A stretch of DNA of 64,000 nucleotides from Ascidiella aspersa (lineage: Eukaryota), in assembly GCA_963924565.1 (NCBI GenBank), contig OZ004607.1:7688001-7752000 (forward strand), in the 5' to 3' direction. Below the pieces are notes generated by a model. The model did no database searches. It was not told the origin of the DNA and saw only the letters and a list, made by a program, of their open reading frames with translations. Of this stretch, positions 12,221-23,623 are shown piece by piece; positions within the stretch are counted from its first letter, which is position 1; each line of letters starts with the position of its first letter. The position numbers were made by a program, and so were the translations under genes.

Positions 12221-15200
12221 TTTTCTGTGACTCTTAAAACGGAACATAAAAATTCTTGGAATGATGAAGTTTAATTGAACAACAAGATACCCTAAATTGA
12301 CCGAAACTAAAAAACGCAACATGTATTTTTAAAGATTTGTTTGTATTTATTTCTATAAAACATGCTAAAACGGCCTGTACTGTTTGATCAGTGAAATCTA
12401 GTTCTTATCCTTCAAATACATATCAATACGTAGCTTAAGACATTTCGTCCCTTGATTTGTGAATGTTTTTTTCAAATCGTAACAATTCTAAAAGAAAAAA
12501 AGAATTTTTTAAAATTGCAAAAATATTTCGCGAAGTACACATTCTATGTGGTAAGAATATTTGTATGTCACGTGAAAATGTAGGTTTTTCGGTGACAAAA
12601 TAAGCAAGCTGTTTTGTTGAATCACTTTATTTGTGGGTTGATAACACATGGTAGCTTAACCTTGCAATGCATTTTTGTTAAAAGAAATGTTTGTAATTAA
12701 ACGCATGTAATGTTGTACTTGCGAGGTCGAAAAATGTGCCCTCTCAGTGAAAATCGTGTTGAAATAAACTTGGTTTAATTGTAACTGTTTGCGATGGAGA
12801 GCAAAAGTCATACATTTTATTGCAAAGGACATACATTTTATTTAAGTGCATACACGGCCCCCTACAAAAGTATCCTGATTGTACCGGTATCATGTTGAAC
12901 TGCAAATCAGCTACCACGCACATGTGGCTGAATAAAGCTTACAAACCGCTTGTATCTTAAATCAGACTGGATTGTAAAGGGAAAGTTAGAGATCTCCGTA
13001 ACATAACTCACTTATCTACACATGGTGGGTAATATGTAGAACCAGAACCCTATGTCCAATCTGGTGTCATTTTAGCGTCAACGGCTGATTCGGACACTTC
13101 GCATCGGACGTGGTTGAAGAGCGCCCTCAGGCGTTTGCGTAGGTACAAAATTTTTCAGTAACCAACAACAACCTCTTGTCGTAGGCCAGTTTGCATAATC
13201 AGTTGTTAACAGCTTTGTTAGGAAATTACTTATTAAATGTGTTAGTTTACTACGTTTCGTTATTCGTCGCTGATTTCTCTATTTGGAAACAACTTATATT
13301 CGTCTATTACTCTATTTAAATATCTTTTTTTGTTACAGCGACTATGTTGTAATTTGTTGATAAGTGAACGTACTTGACGTCGTTTATTGTTAGTCACTTC
13401 AGTTCGCCTTTCCTCATCGTCAGTTTAAAGTTTGCTCCTTGTGGTGGACTTTTCTTACCTTTAAGCAACACAAAACTTTTACCCTCAGCCAACAGAACAA
13501 AAAAGGTTCAAAGCTTTAGGCCTACATTCTATTGTAGGCCTACTAGCGTAATTCCATATCGGATCCTTCCTCCGTGGCGGCACCTACTCCCTTGTGGAGT
13601 CGGTTGCCAAGAGGACTGGGCTCTTGACCTTACTGACTTGTTCATGCATTGTCGACCTCGTTTTTGGCCAATGGGAAGAACCCAGCTACAACCTTCTTTT
13701 CTTTACTTTACTATTTTTTCCAAAAAAAAAGCGGTAACACTTTTAACCGCTTTAGCACTTGTTGTACTTTTTAGTGTAGTGCTATATGGTGATACGAGAA
13801 ATTTTATGCAAATTAGTAATGATAAAAATACATTATGATATATTTTCTGTTCTTGCAATTAAGCGAAAACGTTACAAATAAACCTGGTTAAGAAATACTC
13901 TGGCTATAATTGATAGTTTCTTCAATCCCGACTTGCTAATTCAGCTTCCTGAAGAAAGTCAGTCATGCGTACACATTTTATTAAAATGTTCTTTATTTCT
14001 CTGCTATATAAAACAAATTAAAAATCTACCGGCAAAAATTTAAAGAAGCGCCGTGAGTGGGCATAAATAATCACTGAGCACGCGATTGCAAGTCGTGAAA
14101 ATTATTGCAAACCGTTGTTTGTTTTGCTAGCGAAAAATACGTACAAAGAAATAGGCGTGAAACAAGTCAGGGGCGAATCCAGCATTCTTGTTCGAGGGTC
14201 ACAACTTTTTACATGCTTTTCAAAAATTACGTCATTGCATGACGTCGTAAAATAAGCAACTGTTTTGACTACCCCCCTGTGCCTGTGGATCCACCCCTTG
14301 TAAACACAGCAAAGGAAAAAACATTAATCAATTATGTTTTCAACGCATATCTCCCGGTATACATGGTTTGTTCGACGGCTACTTACAATAAAGCTGCATA
14401 AGCAAGTTTGTTCGTGATGGCTGGCACGCCTACGCCATTTTGCATTTGTTGTTCCATCTCTTTGTGAGATAGGTTTGGCGAAATGGTGCATTTAAAACTT
14501 AAAATGACATCAAAAGTACGAGAATTTGCCTTGGCGGATCACAGTCGTGTCGATAGTAAACAATCGGCATTTAGAATCGAGACAACTAAGGTTGTTCATT
14601 TGGGTGCGACAAACAAAAAAATCTATTCCAATGGGGCTCGGAATTTAAAAAAAAATCTTCCCGTACAAGACTTAACAAAATTTGTTGTTCCTGTTGCTTG
14701 TAAAATCAGGTGGTGCACAGAGCAACTGTCTTGCAAGGTAAAATCTGTGTCGCGAAGACACTGAACATTGTTGGCACAAAAATGCGTATATGTGTAAATG
14801 TTGGCACAATGCAAATGGCACATTTCGTTGTCCTTAATCACACGTACATTTGTTCTTTCGCACATTACAAAGGAGGTCACATTGGAATGACAAAATTCTT
14901 CGCAAAGCAAAAGTTGCTGCAAAGCTTGGTAAAGATGTTTTTGTTCGATAGAAGGATATAGTGAGTGCAAAAATACGATTTGTACACAAATAGCCAACAA
15001 TACTAACAACTAAAAAGTCAAGCGTGTAACCTCTATCTACTCTACACAAAGACGATGCAACAAACAAAATGAACTTTTAAAGAACGATTGGATAACGGCG
15101 CGTTTTCAGTTTGCCAACAATAGAACTGTAAGTTTTTATCGAACGCAGTAATGTGTTACCATAACTATAATTGTCAAATATAAGCATAGCTAATTAAAAT

Positions 15201-15667
15201 TTTCAAGTGATTCGTGAAACTGTTTTGTATAAAGTGGTGGATTGCACTAGTAGACTAAAACGACTACAATGGCGAAGGACTGGTAAGGGGGACTTTCTAA
15301 TGTTACAATGGTTTCCCATAAAGAGGAACTTTTTCAAAAAAGGAAAAAAAAACACTTGAATATTTTGATCTGTTAGCTGATTGAATGTGGTCATTACAAT
15401 TTGTATCTAAGATAAATATTTTGTAAGAAAGTTACCAATGCTTTAAGTGTGTTGTGTGTTGTTACATTAGTCACTAAAAGTGTAAAACTTTCATAGACTG
15501 TACGGCAAAGCGTTGCTAACGTCCGGTATAGTGATTTCGTCTTCAAAGATAAAAAGAAAGTTATGTACAGCGGCAAACTGCGTGACGGCATAATTAGGCT
15601 ACGGCGTGCAGTCGTAGAGTAAAAAAGCAAAACAAAAAAGAAAAAAGTCTCAAAAGCGAGAGACACC

Positions 15668-15948
15668 TCAAATAAAGCGATCCCCGTCGAAATCATTTCC
15701 GCCCTCACCCGACATACTGCTCCTCGCGTATCCGACCCGGATACCCACCGCCTGGGGGTAGCCCCTGGGGTACCTGGACCCCCCACCGCCGCCGTACTTT
15801 CCTTGGGTTCCGAAGTGGGGCACGTTGCTGCTGACCTTGTATTCCTTGGTGATGTCCTGTCCCCGGTCCTTCCAGGCCTCCATGATCTTGCGAATGCCAA
15901 GGTGATAGAGCTCGACGAAGTTCAGAAAGATCATAACAAGGCCGGTGC
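15668..15948 (-). CDS. Connexin 1 exon 6 (TM4, C-terminal tail)
   Basis: ctatag|GTGLVMIFLNFVELYHLG...NDFDGDRFI-stop. Confidence 0.93.
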
Positions 15949-18900
15949 CTATAGAAACGTTGCAAGGTGAAATTTTGGGATTTATTACAGATTTATGAAG
16001 GTTTTGACTGTTCAGGGTGTCTCGTAAAAACTTTTAGGAAACAGGGTTTGACCCCCAACAGCAAAGTTTTATTTTAGGATTTAGTATAGAGTTGTGCTTC
16101 CCACATTGGGGGTCCTGATTTTCAGAGAACAGTTTTTGACAAACTTTTTTATATGTATTGTACTTTTTTGACTCTCAATAGGCAAACGTCAAAACCTAAC
16201 TCTTAAAATACTGTGCCAAGTGATTTGTAGGCCTACTTTACTTCAACAAACAATAAAACTCAAAGTTTAAAAACCCGAGTAAAACCAGGATCAGACATTG
16301 TGTAAAGGATTGTTTCGCCTATACTGGCATCGTTTTTTGTTTATATTTATATAAATATAAACAATTCATTATATAAACTGTTGCTACCAGGCATGGTAAT
16401 ATAAATCAAAAACAGCTCCTCTGGTAAGTGTAATTGTTAACCAACGTTTCGGCAACCTATACAAGCCGCCTTCGTCAGGGTGAATGACACTGAACGCTCG
16501 TACAATAAATGGTCATTAATTTTGGAATCGTGGAACATCCATAAGAAGGGTAACACCATGAACGTCAAAACTGACGTGATGCTTTCTGCATGCTACAAGC
16601 ACCTGCTGAAGGCCTAGAGGCAGTCGCTAATTATTTTCTTATCGTTTCGTTGCTCGCGTTTATTTCTGCTTTTTTCCTTTTTTTGCTTTCCATTGCACTT
16701 AAGTCACTGTTTTCAAACGACTTGACTTGACTTAAGTCATTTGGGAAAAATGACTTGACTTAACTTAAGTCTTTCGGACAAATAACTTGACTTGACTTAA
16801 GTCATTTGGACAATTGACTTGGGTTAAAATGAAGCGTTTTTTTCAAGTATTTCTTTTATAAAATTGAGCTATTTATCCAAATTTTAGCACATAATACAAA
16901 TTGTTTGCTATATGTTGCGTTTTTTCTTATTTTTTAGTTCAATTATTGCTCATAATCATACAAATTTAAAAATTTTAATAGTTTAAAATTTTATTTTTTA
17001 ACAAGAACATTACTTGAAGTTGACTTGCTCTAATTATGACTTGACTGGGACTTAACTTGCGCAACTGATGACTTGGACTGGGACTTGACTTGTTATTTAT
17101 TCAAAAACAATTGACTTGGACTTAGGTTGTTTTACAAATGACTTGACTGGTACTTAAGTCAATTTAAAATGACTTGTTTACAACACTGTGACGTGATGTT
17201 TTAATAATTTCATGCCGACACTGGTGCACGCTAGGCAAACATATTTTTAGGGGTCCACGTTAAAAAAAGTTTATTAAACCCCATGTAAAGGGGTTCTGTA
17301 ATTTTAATCAACCAGTTTAGCCCAGAATACAGGCTTGTCAATAGGAGCAAGTTTTAGTCTTACCAAACATAATCCAGAGCATTATCGTCTTTTCCTTCGG
17401 CCTTGATACGAAGCAATCCACGACGTTTGGGCAGGGCCACCTCGCACACTTGAATAACTCGGGCACCCAAAACTTGAACACGTAGATGTTGAATTGAACA
17501 ACCATGAAGCCGACTTCGATTATTAACCTCGCTACCACCTGAAAAACCCGACGATTCTTTAGTAAATTGATCGACCATGGTGATTATTTACAACAAAGAT
17601 AATTATCCAAAGGAATATGACCTATAAAAATAAGTTTAAGATTCGTGAATTTTCTGATTACAGGTTTACGTAAATAAATAGAGTTTGAAATGATTACCAA
17701 TTTTCAATTGATTTACAAAGTTTGTATTTTAATTTGTGGGTGACGTTTATTGCGAAAGTATTTTATTTGGTTTACTGCTACAATTTATGCTTAACCTCAA
17801 TTGTGCCAAGATATGTCCATACAAACTGATTAAAGGTTACAGCTTATAAGGGTTACTTTTCTATCGTAACTTTCCAAAGAGCTTAACAAACGCGAAAAGG
17901 TTTCACTGCCCAATTGAGTAAACGAAACGCTTCGCAACGGCCTTGCAATGTAGGTTTTAAGTGGTCCGGTGTAAAGCAAATGTTTGCCGAAGCGGATTGG
18001 TCACCAGACAGTCAGTGGAATAACTTTGACACAACTTTATTACGAATCAAATTGGTCTTATCTTAGTAACATACCGCAACCCAAGTAAACACGATGGATT
18101 AATTTTCCATTTTGAGCTGTTTTTAAATAAAAATTAATTTGAATCTCACAGTTTGGAAATTATGTAGAGATTTTTATTACTATTGTAATGAAGCCTTTAA
18201 AAACATCCTATTTTTTATGTAAATTAACGTCACTTAACTTAGGGTCTTATTATAAAAACCTCCAAAATACCATTTACATGTTTAGTTAATAGTAACGGTA
18301 ATGCTCATATCTTGTCCTCCTTAGAATGGTTTCCCATTAGTTATCGAAGGATAGTGTGTCTAGAACCCGCCTACCAATAATATTTTCTGAAGCTTAACAC
18401 AGCTCAGCTGGGTTGTTGTGGTACATCAAAGACACACTTATGTTGTTAAATACATGTTCAAATGAAAAAGCAGCGTTGATTAACATTTTGTATTTTACCT
18501 GGGCGACGTAAGCCAGCATAAGCCTTGAAGGAGTGTCGTGATCAAGTTTGGTTGCAACCACCTTACCATCGTCGTCATCATTCTTTTTTTCCTTCTTGCT
18601 GTCCTTCTGTTAAAAAAATCGCTTTGTAATCTAGGAACCATGCTAACGCATTACTTTTTCTAGAATTTGGTGTTACTTCTTCAAGATTGCAACAAATTAT
18701 AATCTTTAGAATGATCCTAATTAAATTAGGACAAACAGAAAATACATCATTCAATTTTAATACTTCTTATCGCATTGTTTAGACTTTAGAATCTATCTTG
18801 CTATCGTACAAAGTAAATTTTCATGCTGAAATTTAGTAATGGGCATGAACTACGCCTTTAAATTAAACAAAGACGCTTACCTTTTCGGCGGGCATGTCAT

Positions 18901-21638
18901 CGAGTGCTTGGTACTCTGTAATGAACAACAACAAGAATTACCTTTATGGCTTTATCATCATTTATACAAAAACTAGATACGTTTCACTGATTTTAGTGCC
19001 TATTTTATGAATATGCTGTTGCTGCCAGGCATTGTTTCAATTGTACAATTGTTCTTCCGGCAAAAAAAAGTGCCAACGTTTCGATTACCTATTCGAGCAA
19101 TCTTCTTCAGGGCAATATGATTTCATCTAAAGGCGAAAACAAACGTTGGCACTTAATTAGTTTTTTTGCCGGAAACAATTATTTTGTACAATTGGCTATT
19201 TTATGTTTGAACAGTTAACTTTACCAAAAACAAAATCAGTTTATTGCATCCTAAGGATATATTGGACAACTTGCATTGTAACACCTGTCAAGTAAAAAAC
19301 ATGTGCAAAAACGTTCAGGACAAAGCTTTGCTTGTAACAGTAAATATTTCTAGCAACGAAACCAGCGAGTTATTGCGCAACGACTCCACGCTTCAAACCA
19401 GTAATAAACTTGAAAGAGAAACCGCAGGAAACTCGCGGATAAGTTGATGTTTACCTGGCGGTCCGCTTCCTTCTCGTCTCCTCCTTTCCTCAAAGGCCTT
19501 CTTGCGCGCCGCCTCCCTCTGTTTCCTCGCCTCCTCTCGTTTCTCTTTCTTTTTCTCCTGCTCCTCCTGACGTAGCTTCTTGGCTTGTGCGATCTTGGCC
19601 ATCTTGTGAGCAGTGTAGACCATGAATACGACCGTCGGAAGGGACACGCAAAGGATCTGGAAGTAGATACGGGTTACGGGTGTTGATTCTAAAACACGTT
19701 GGGGATGGAAGTTTTATACGTGGTTCATACAGTAACTATATCTAATGCGAACAATCTTGTGAGCGGTGTAGACCATGAACACCACCGTCGGAAGGAACAC
19801 GCAAAGGATCTAAAAGACGATACGGGTGTTGATTCTAAACCACGTTGGGGATGTGAGTTCTATACGTGGCTCATACAGCAATTCGACTTTTGTATTAAAC
19901 TTGACTTTTCTAATAAAATTGGCTTTTCTATAAAAACATAAACAATCTTGTGCGCGGTGTAGAACACCACCGTCGGAAGGGACACGCAAAGGATCTAGAC
20001 GAATATACAAATGTTAATCAAAAAATACGTTAGGGACGTGAATTTCACACATGGCTGGCACACACAGCAATTGCAGCTAATGCGAACAATTGTTGACTTT
20101 TCTAAAAATTCAACCAATCTTGGGTAGGAACAAAAACAATCAAGGTTGATACGTTACGAGTTGTTCGAAAACATCTAATAACTTTGCCTGACAAACGAAC
20201 AATAAATATATAATTTAGTGTAACGAGATATGTGGTTTGTTACGCAGAGCTCGTTTCGGTGTTCTAATGATTCTTGGCACGTTTGTTACCAGCTGTGCCC
20301 TTGAAAATTGTGACAGACTTATTTTTATTAGGCTGGTGAGTTATGAATTAAGGTCGCAATATGGCACATTTATAGGCAGTTTTGTGCCTAGTATTGCCAC
20401 AAAAATTATTATTTTGTTAAATTGTGTATTATTTTAAGCTGTCCAGGAATATTGGGTGACCGAGCGTTAAAAACAGATACCGCCTGTCTATATATGTTTA
20501 CGAAACCTTCTCCCTATATGCCTTTTTATTTTGTTTGTTCGTTGTTATAAATTATGAGAAGACTATATAATTGAATTTGTTCAACATGTTATCATGCGCT
20601 GCACGATTCTACAAATTTGGGGGCTGAAATGATAAAGTGCAATATACATATACCCTTTATGTCAAGAACAATGCCGATTATTTTGTTTAGTTTTAAAAAA
20701 ATAAAGAGGCAAACCCGCGCCCACAGTTGCAAAGCGACCGAAAACACAAACACGAAAACAAATATAGTACCTGCATAAACATTTAGAAAATTCGACGAGA
20801 AAACCGACACTTACAGCAGTTTGGCCATGCAAAAAAAGTTAACACCCTCCTATCACCACTATACAGCACGATTCCCCCCAAAACGACCTAAACAGTGGTC
20901 GGCAAACTTTTTTTGTCGCGGCCCAAAGTAGTCTTTTCATGGCTATTAAAGACCCACTGTACGTAAAACCACTACGATAACAGTGGCGTCTTTACGATAT
21001 TTGATTTTAAGGTGGAATATCACACGGTGCCTTGATTGTCAAAAACACTGCCATGCTTTAAGTAACAAGAATACTACAAAACGAAGAATATACACGCGAA
21101 GCGCGAACAAAAATTGCGCTAACATGTAGTTAAAGTTGGCAAAAAATATACCTGAGACAGGCTCTCAGGACCATATGTGGCACGTGGGCCTTTCCAAGCT
21201 GAGCGAATATAAAAATTCTACGCCACACTAACTTTTAAAATAAAGTGGTGTTAGTGTAAGGCTATCACGCGGCCCACAACTACATAGTCACACTAAGCCA
21301 TTCAAAATGACCTCGCGGCCCACTAAAAATGGCTCTGTGGCCCACATTTGGGCCGCGGCCCACAGTTTGCCCACCACTGACCTAAAGTAACGCAATACCT
21401 GCAGCGCCCATAGGCGGATTAAAGATATCGGGCTGAAATCATTGAAGCAGATGTTCGAACAACCCGGCGTCAGTGTATTGCACACGAAGGCTCCCTGCTC
21501 GTCTCCGAACACTGTGTCGGCGATTGAAACCACAAGCAGGAACCTTAGCACGAAGAAGAAGGTCACCCAGAACTTTCCCACAAGAGTGGAGTGCTCGGCC
21601 ACCTGTTCCAGCAGTTTTTCGATGATGTGCCACGCCAT
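15668..21638 (-). CDS. Connexin (gap junction protein), paralog 1; 6 coding exons, 346 aa
   Basis: join(complement 21399-21638, 19455-19656, 18881-18915, 18499-18606, 17364-17538, 15668-15948) = 1041 nt, open throughout, all GT-AG. N-terminus MAWHIIEKLLEQVAEHSTLVGKFWVTFFFVLR; E1 loop C-x6-C-x3-C (VCNTLTPGCSNICFND); E2 loop C-x4-C-x5-C followed by SRPKEKT; four hydrophobic TM segments. Confidence 0.95.
16437..16484 (-). ncRNA. Minimal type I hammerhead ribozyme (Penelope-like-element type) in connexin 1 intron 5
   Basis: minus strand: ttcacc-CTGACGA-a-ggcggc(ttgtatag)gttgcc-GAAA-CG-TT^ggttaa; palindromic AACGTT helix III. Confidence 0.75.
16694..17188 (-). mobile_element. MITE family A, copy 2 (inverted)
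   Basis: GACTT arrays, ends tacaacactg. Confidence 0.75.
17364..17538 (-). CDS. Connexin 1 exon 5 (TM3, E2, start of TM4)
   Basis: VVARLIIEVGF...FKCARWPCPNVVDCFVSRPKEKTIMLWIMF-G|gtaag; 175 nt, same length as in the paralog. Confidence 0.95.
18499..18606 (-). CDS. Connexin 1 exon 4 (loop end, start of TM3)
   Basis: taacag|KDSKKEKKNDDDDGKVVATKLDHDTPSRLMLAYVAQ|gtaaaa. Confidence 0.9.
18881..18915 (-). CDS. Connexin 1 exon 3 (35-nt micro-exon, EYQALDDMPAEK)
   Basis: ttacag|...|gtaagc, phase 1 to 0; homologous to paralog micro-exon EYNALDD. Confidence 0.85.
19038..19194. mobile_element. Penelope-like element terminal fragment with inverted partial duplication
   Basis: 19038-19081 and 19141-19194 form an imperfect inverted repeat (aaacgttggcactt...tttttttgccggaa...ttgtacaattg) flanking the hammerhead. 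Confidence 0.6.
19071..19114 (-). ncRNA. Minimal type I hammerhead ribozyme (Penelope-like-element type) in connexin 1 intron 2
   Basis: minus strand: tgcc-CTGAAGA-a-gattgc(tcgaatag)gtaatc-GAAA-CG-TT^ggca; helices I and II fully paired. Confidence 0.8.
19455..19656 (-). CDS. Connexin 1 exon 2 (TM2, charged cytoplasmic loop)
   Basis: cttccag|ILCVSLPTVVFMVYTAHK...GSGPP-G|gtaaac; matches paralog exon 2. Confidence 0.93.
19754..20090 (-). repeat. Two extra tandem copies of the connexin 1 intron-1/exon-2 junction
   Basis: Copies of 19601-19753 with retained AG acceptors at 19810-19811 and 19995-19996, each followed by ILCV(S/F)LPTVVF..YTAHK. Confidence 0.88.
20893..21379. mobile_element. hAT/Charlie-like MITE in connexin 1 intron 1
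   Basis: TIRs cagtggtcggcaaact...agtttgcccaccactg; flanking direct repeat acctaaa; internal gcggccc motifs. Confidence 0.8.
21399..21638 (-). CDS. Connexin 1 exon 1 (N-terminus, TM1, E1, start of TM2)
   Basis: 240 nt from ATG to ...LWALQ, then donor GTATTG. Confidence 0.95.
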
Positions 21639-23276
21639 CTTGTTTGTTTTTGTATAAGTTTTTGCTCCTTTTTACTGGCTTGATACGATCACGGATTATT
21701 TACAAATCAGAACTTTTTTTATATATAAAAAGTGGGTAAAATTAGACCCCGACTGGTTTCTGTAAAACACAATAGATTAGCGTTTAAATTGCGTCGTCAG
21801 TAAGCACAAAGTTGCGATTAGGGGACGAAACAATTTTGGCGTACAAGCACTAAATAAAGCGATTTAAAATGGAACGTTTAAATCTTCACACATAGTAATA
21901 TATAGACAAAAGTTAGCTGTCGTGTTTTGTTAAGGCGTTATGCTAAAAGGTATAGACTGGCGAAACGATTTGTTCATGATGGCCGCACAAGTAATTTTGA
22001 TACAAGTAAAAGCAAGTTCAAACGCATGTACAAATTCAGCAGAAAGAACGTAGTGATAAAATGTTGTTGCATTTGTTCGTTGTACCTTATAAAAACATGT
22101 CGCTTTGTTCATAAAGGCTCCGACAACATACTGAATATAATTTCAAACACGTTTTACGTAAAACACAAAACCACACGATAAAGCCAGGCATTTTAGTGAT
22201 AAAAAGAATACGTTTGGTTGTATCAATGCACAGTAATATTTGGTATTTCAAAGCAGTTAAAAAAACAAGTTTGTTCGTGAAAAAATGAATTAATTGGCGA
22301 AAAACTTTGTTGATAACTGGGTAAATTGTCTATACATGCTCCGATGATAATATAAATCAATTGAAATCACATTAAAACGCAAAACATGCAAACGTTTGAA
22401 GAGACGTCACCCAGATTTTCAGTTGTACAGTGAGATAACAAACAAAATGTGTGTTTATGATTTAAATTTTCTAAATTAAATGAGGTATCGATCTTTTCAA
22501 TCTGTGTATGTGGAAAAAACATTTTTTTTTTAAATTGTGCGACAGGATTTGAGCAAATTAAAATTATAATATTGAGGCTTCAAGAAACCAATGTTGATTG
22601 TTTTTTGTGCACAAAAATATGCTAAAGTGAGGCGGCTACTTGATGCTACAGGCTAAAATCTGGCACTGGTAAGTGTACGGTTTGCAATATTACTGTTTGT
22701 ACTAGACTGATTGCTGACAAGCTATTTGCGTACACTTTGCACAAATAGCGTACAGGACCGGCAGCTCCTGTTACCAAACGCATATTTATAATGGAAAATG
22801 GAACTTTGGAACATTCCGCCATGTAAAGAAAAACCTACATCTGTTTAAAAATAACGATTACAATTCAATTTCTCGGTACGATTTACATTTTCGGTGGATG
22901 CATACACAAAACGATGTCTTTAAGTTTAATAATTTGGTGCAAATATTCGTAACTTAAGAACAGGTTCAAAAAAACGTAGCAATAGACAAGGGCAACAATT
23001 TCACGAAATCGCTGCTTGTGAAAATGTTTAGTTCGATGGATAACTGTTTACAAATTATTAAAGTATGTGCAAATTAAGGTAACGTGGCGAGAGTAGCGGT
23101 ATAGGGTAGGTGTAAATTCTGTTATGTCAAAAAATGAGTCAGGCAAAGGCGCTTGCGAAAAACGGAACCGGCTCTAACTAACAGTAGCAATCCAATGACA
23201 AAGTAACGAGTGCTATCATACCTCTACTTTGAAACTTAGAACAAAAAGCAAAGACAAGAAATACAGTCAAACAGAA

Positions 23277-23623
23277 TCACATGAAGTGATCGCCGTCAAA
23301 ATCGTTTCCGTCCTCTCCGGACAAGCTGCTCCTGGCGTAACCCACCCTTATACCAACCGCTCGTGGATAACCCCTGGGGTAACCGGGTCTTCTTCGTCTT
23401 CTTCCACGATGCCGAGACTTTCCCACGCTGTACCCGACGTCATAAAATTCCTCGTCATCGTAGCGGTCTGCGCCGTGGTGGCTGCCGAAGTGTGGCACGT
23501 GGTTGCTGATCTTGTACTGCTTGGTGATGTCGTGATGTCGGTTCTTCCAGGCCTCTGCTATCTTGTCGGTGCCAAGGTGAACGAGCTCAACGATGTTTAC
23601 CACTATCATCATGAGGCCGGTAC
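23277..23623 (-). CDS. Connexin 2 exon 6
   Basis: acgcag|GTGLMMIVVNIVELVHLG...NDFDGDHFM-stop. Confidence 0.93.

Noticed and set aside
12850-13200. Moderately GC-rich, protein-like stretch on the minus strand (RKRLRALFNHVRCEVSE...)
   Set aside because: Stops in all frames examined and no recognisable homology; cannot support a pseudogene call.
14400-15070. Four overlapping 77-128-aa ORFs
   Set aside because: AT-rich, no motifs or splice structure; probably connexin 1 3' UTR or flank.
15668-15690. C-terminal PDZ-binding motif in the connexins (DRFI / DHFM)
   Set aside because: The -2 residue (R or H) fits neither class I nor class II consensus.
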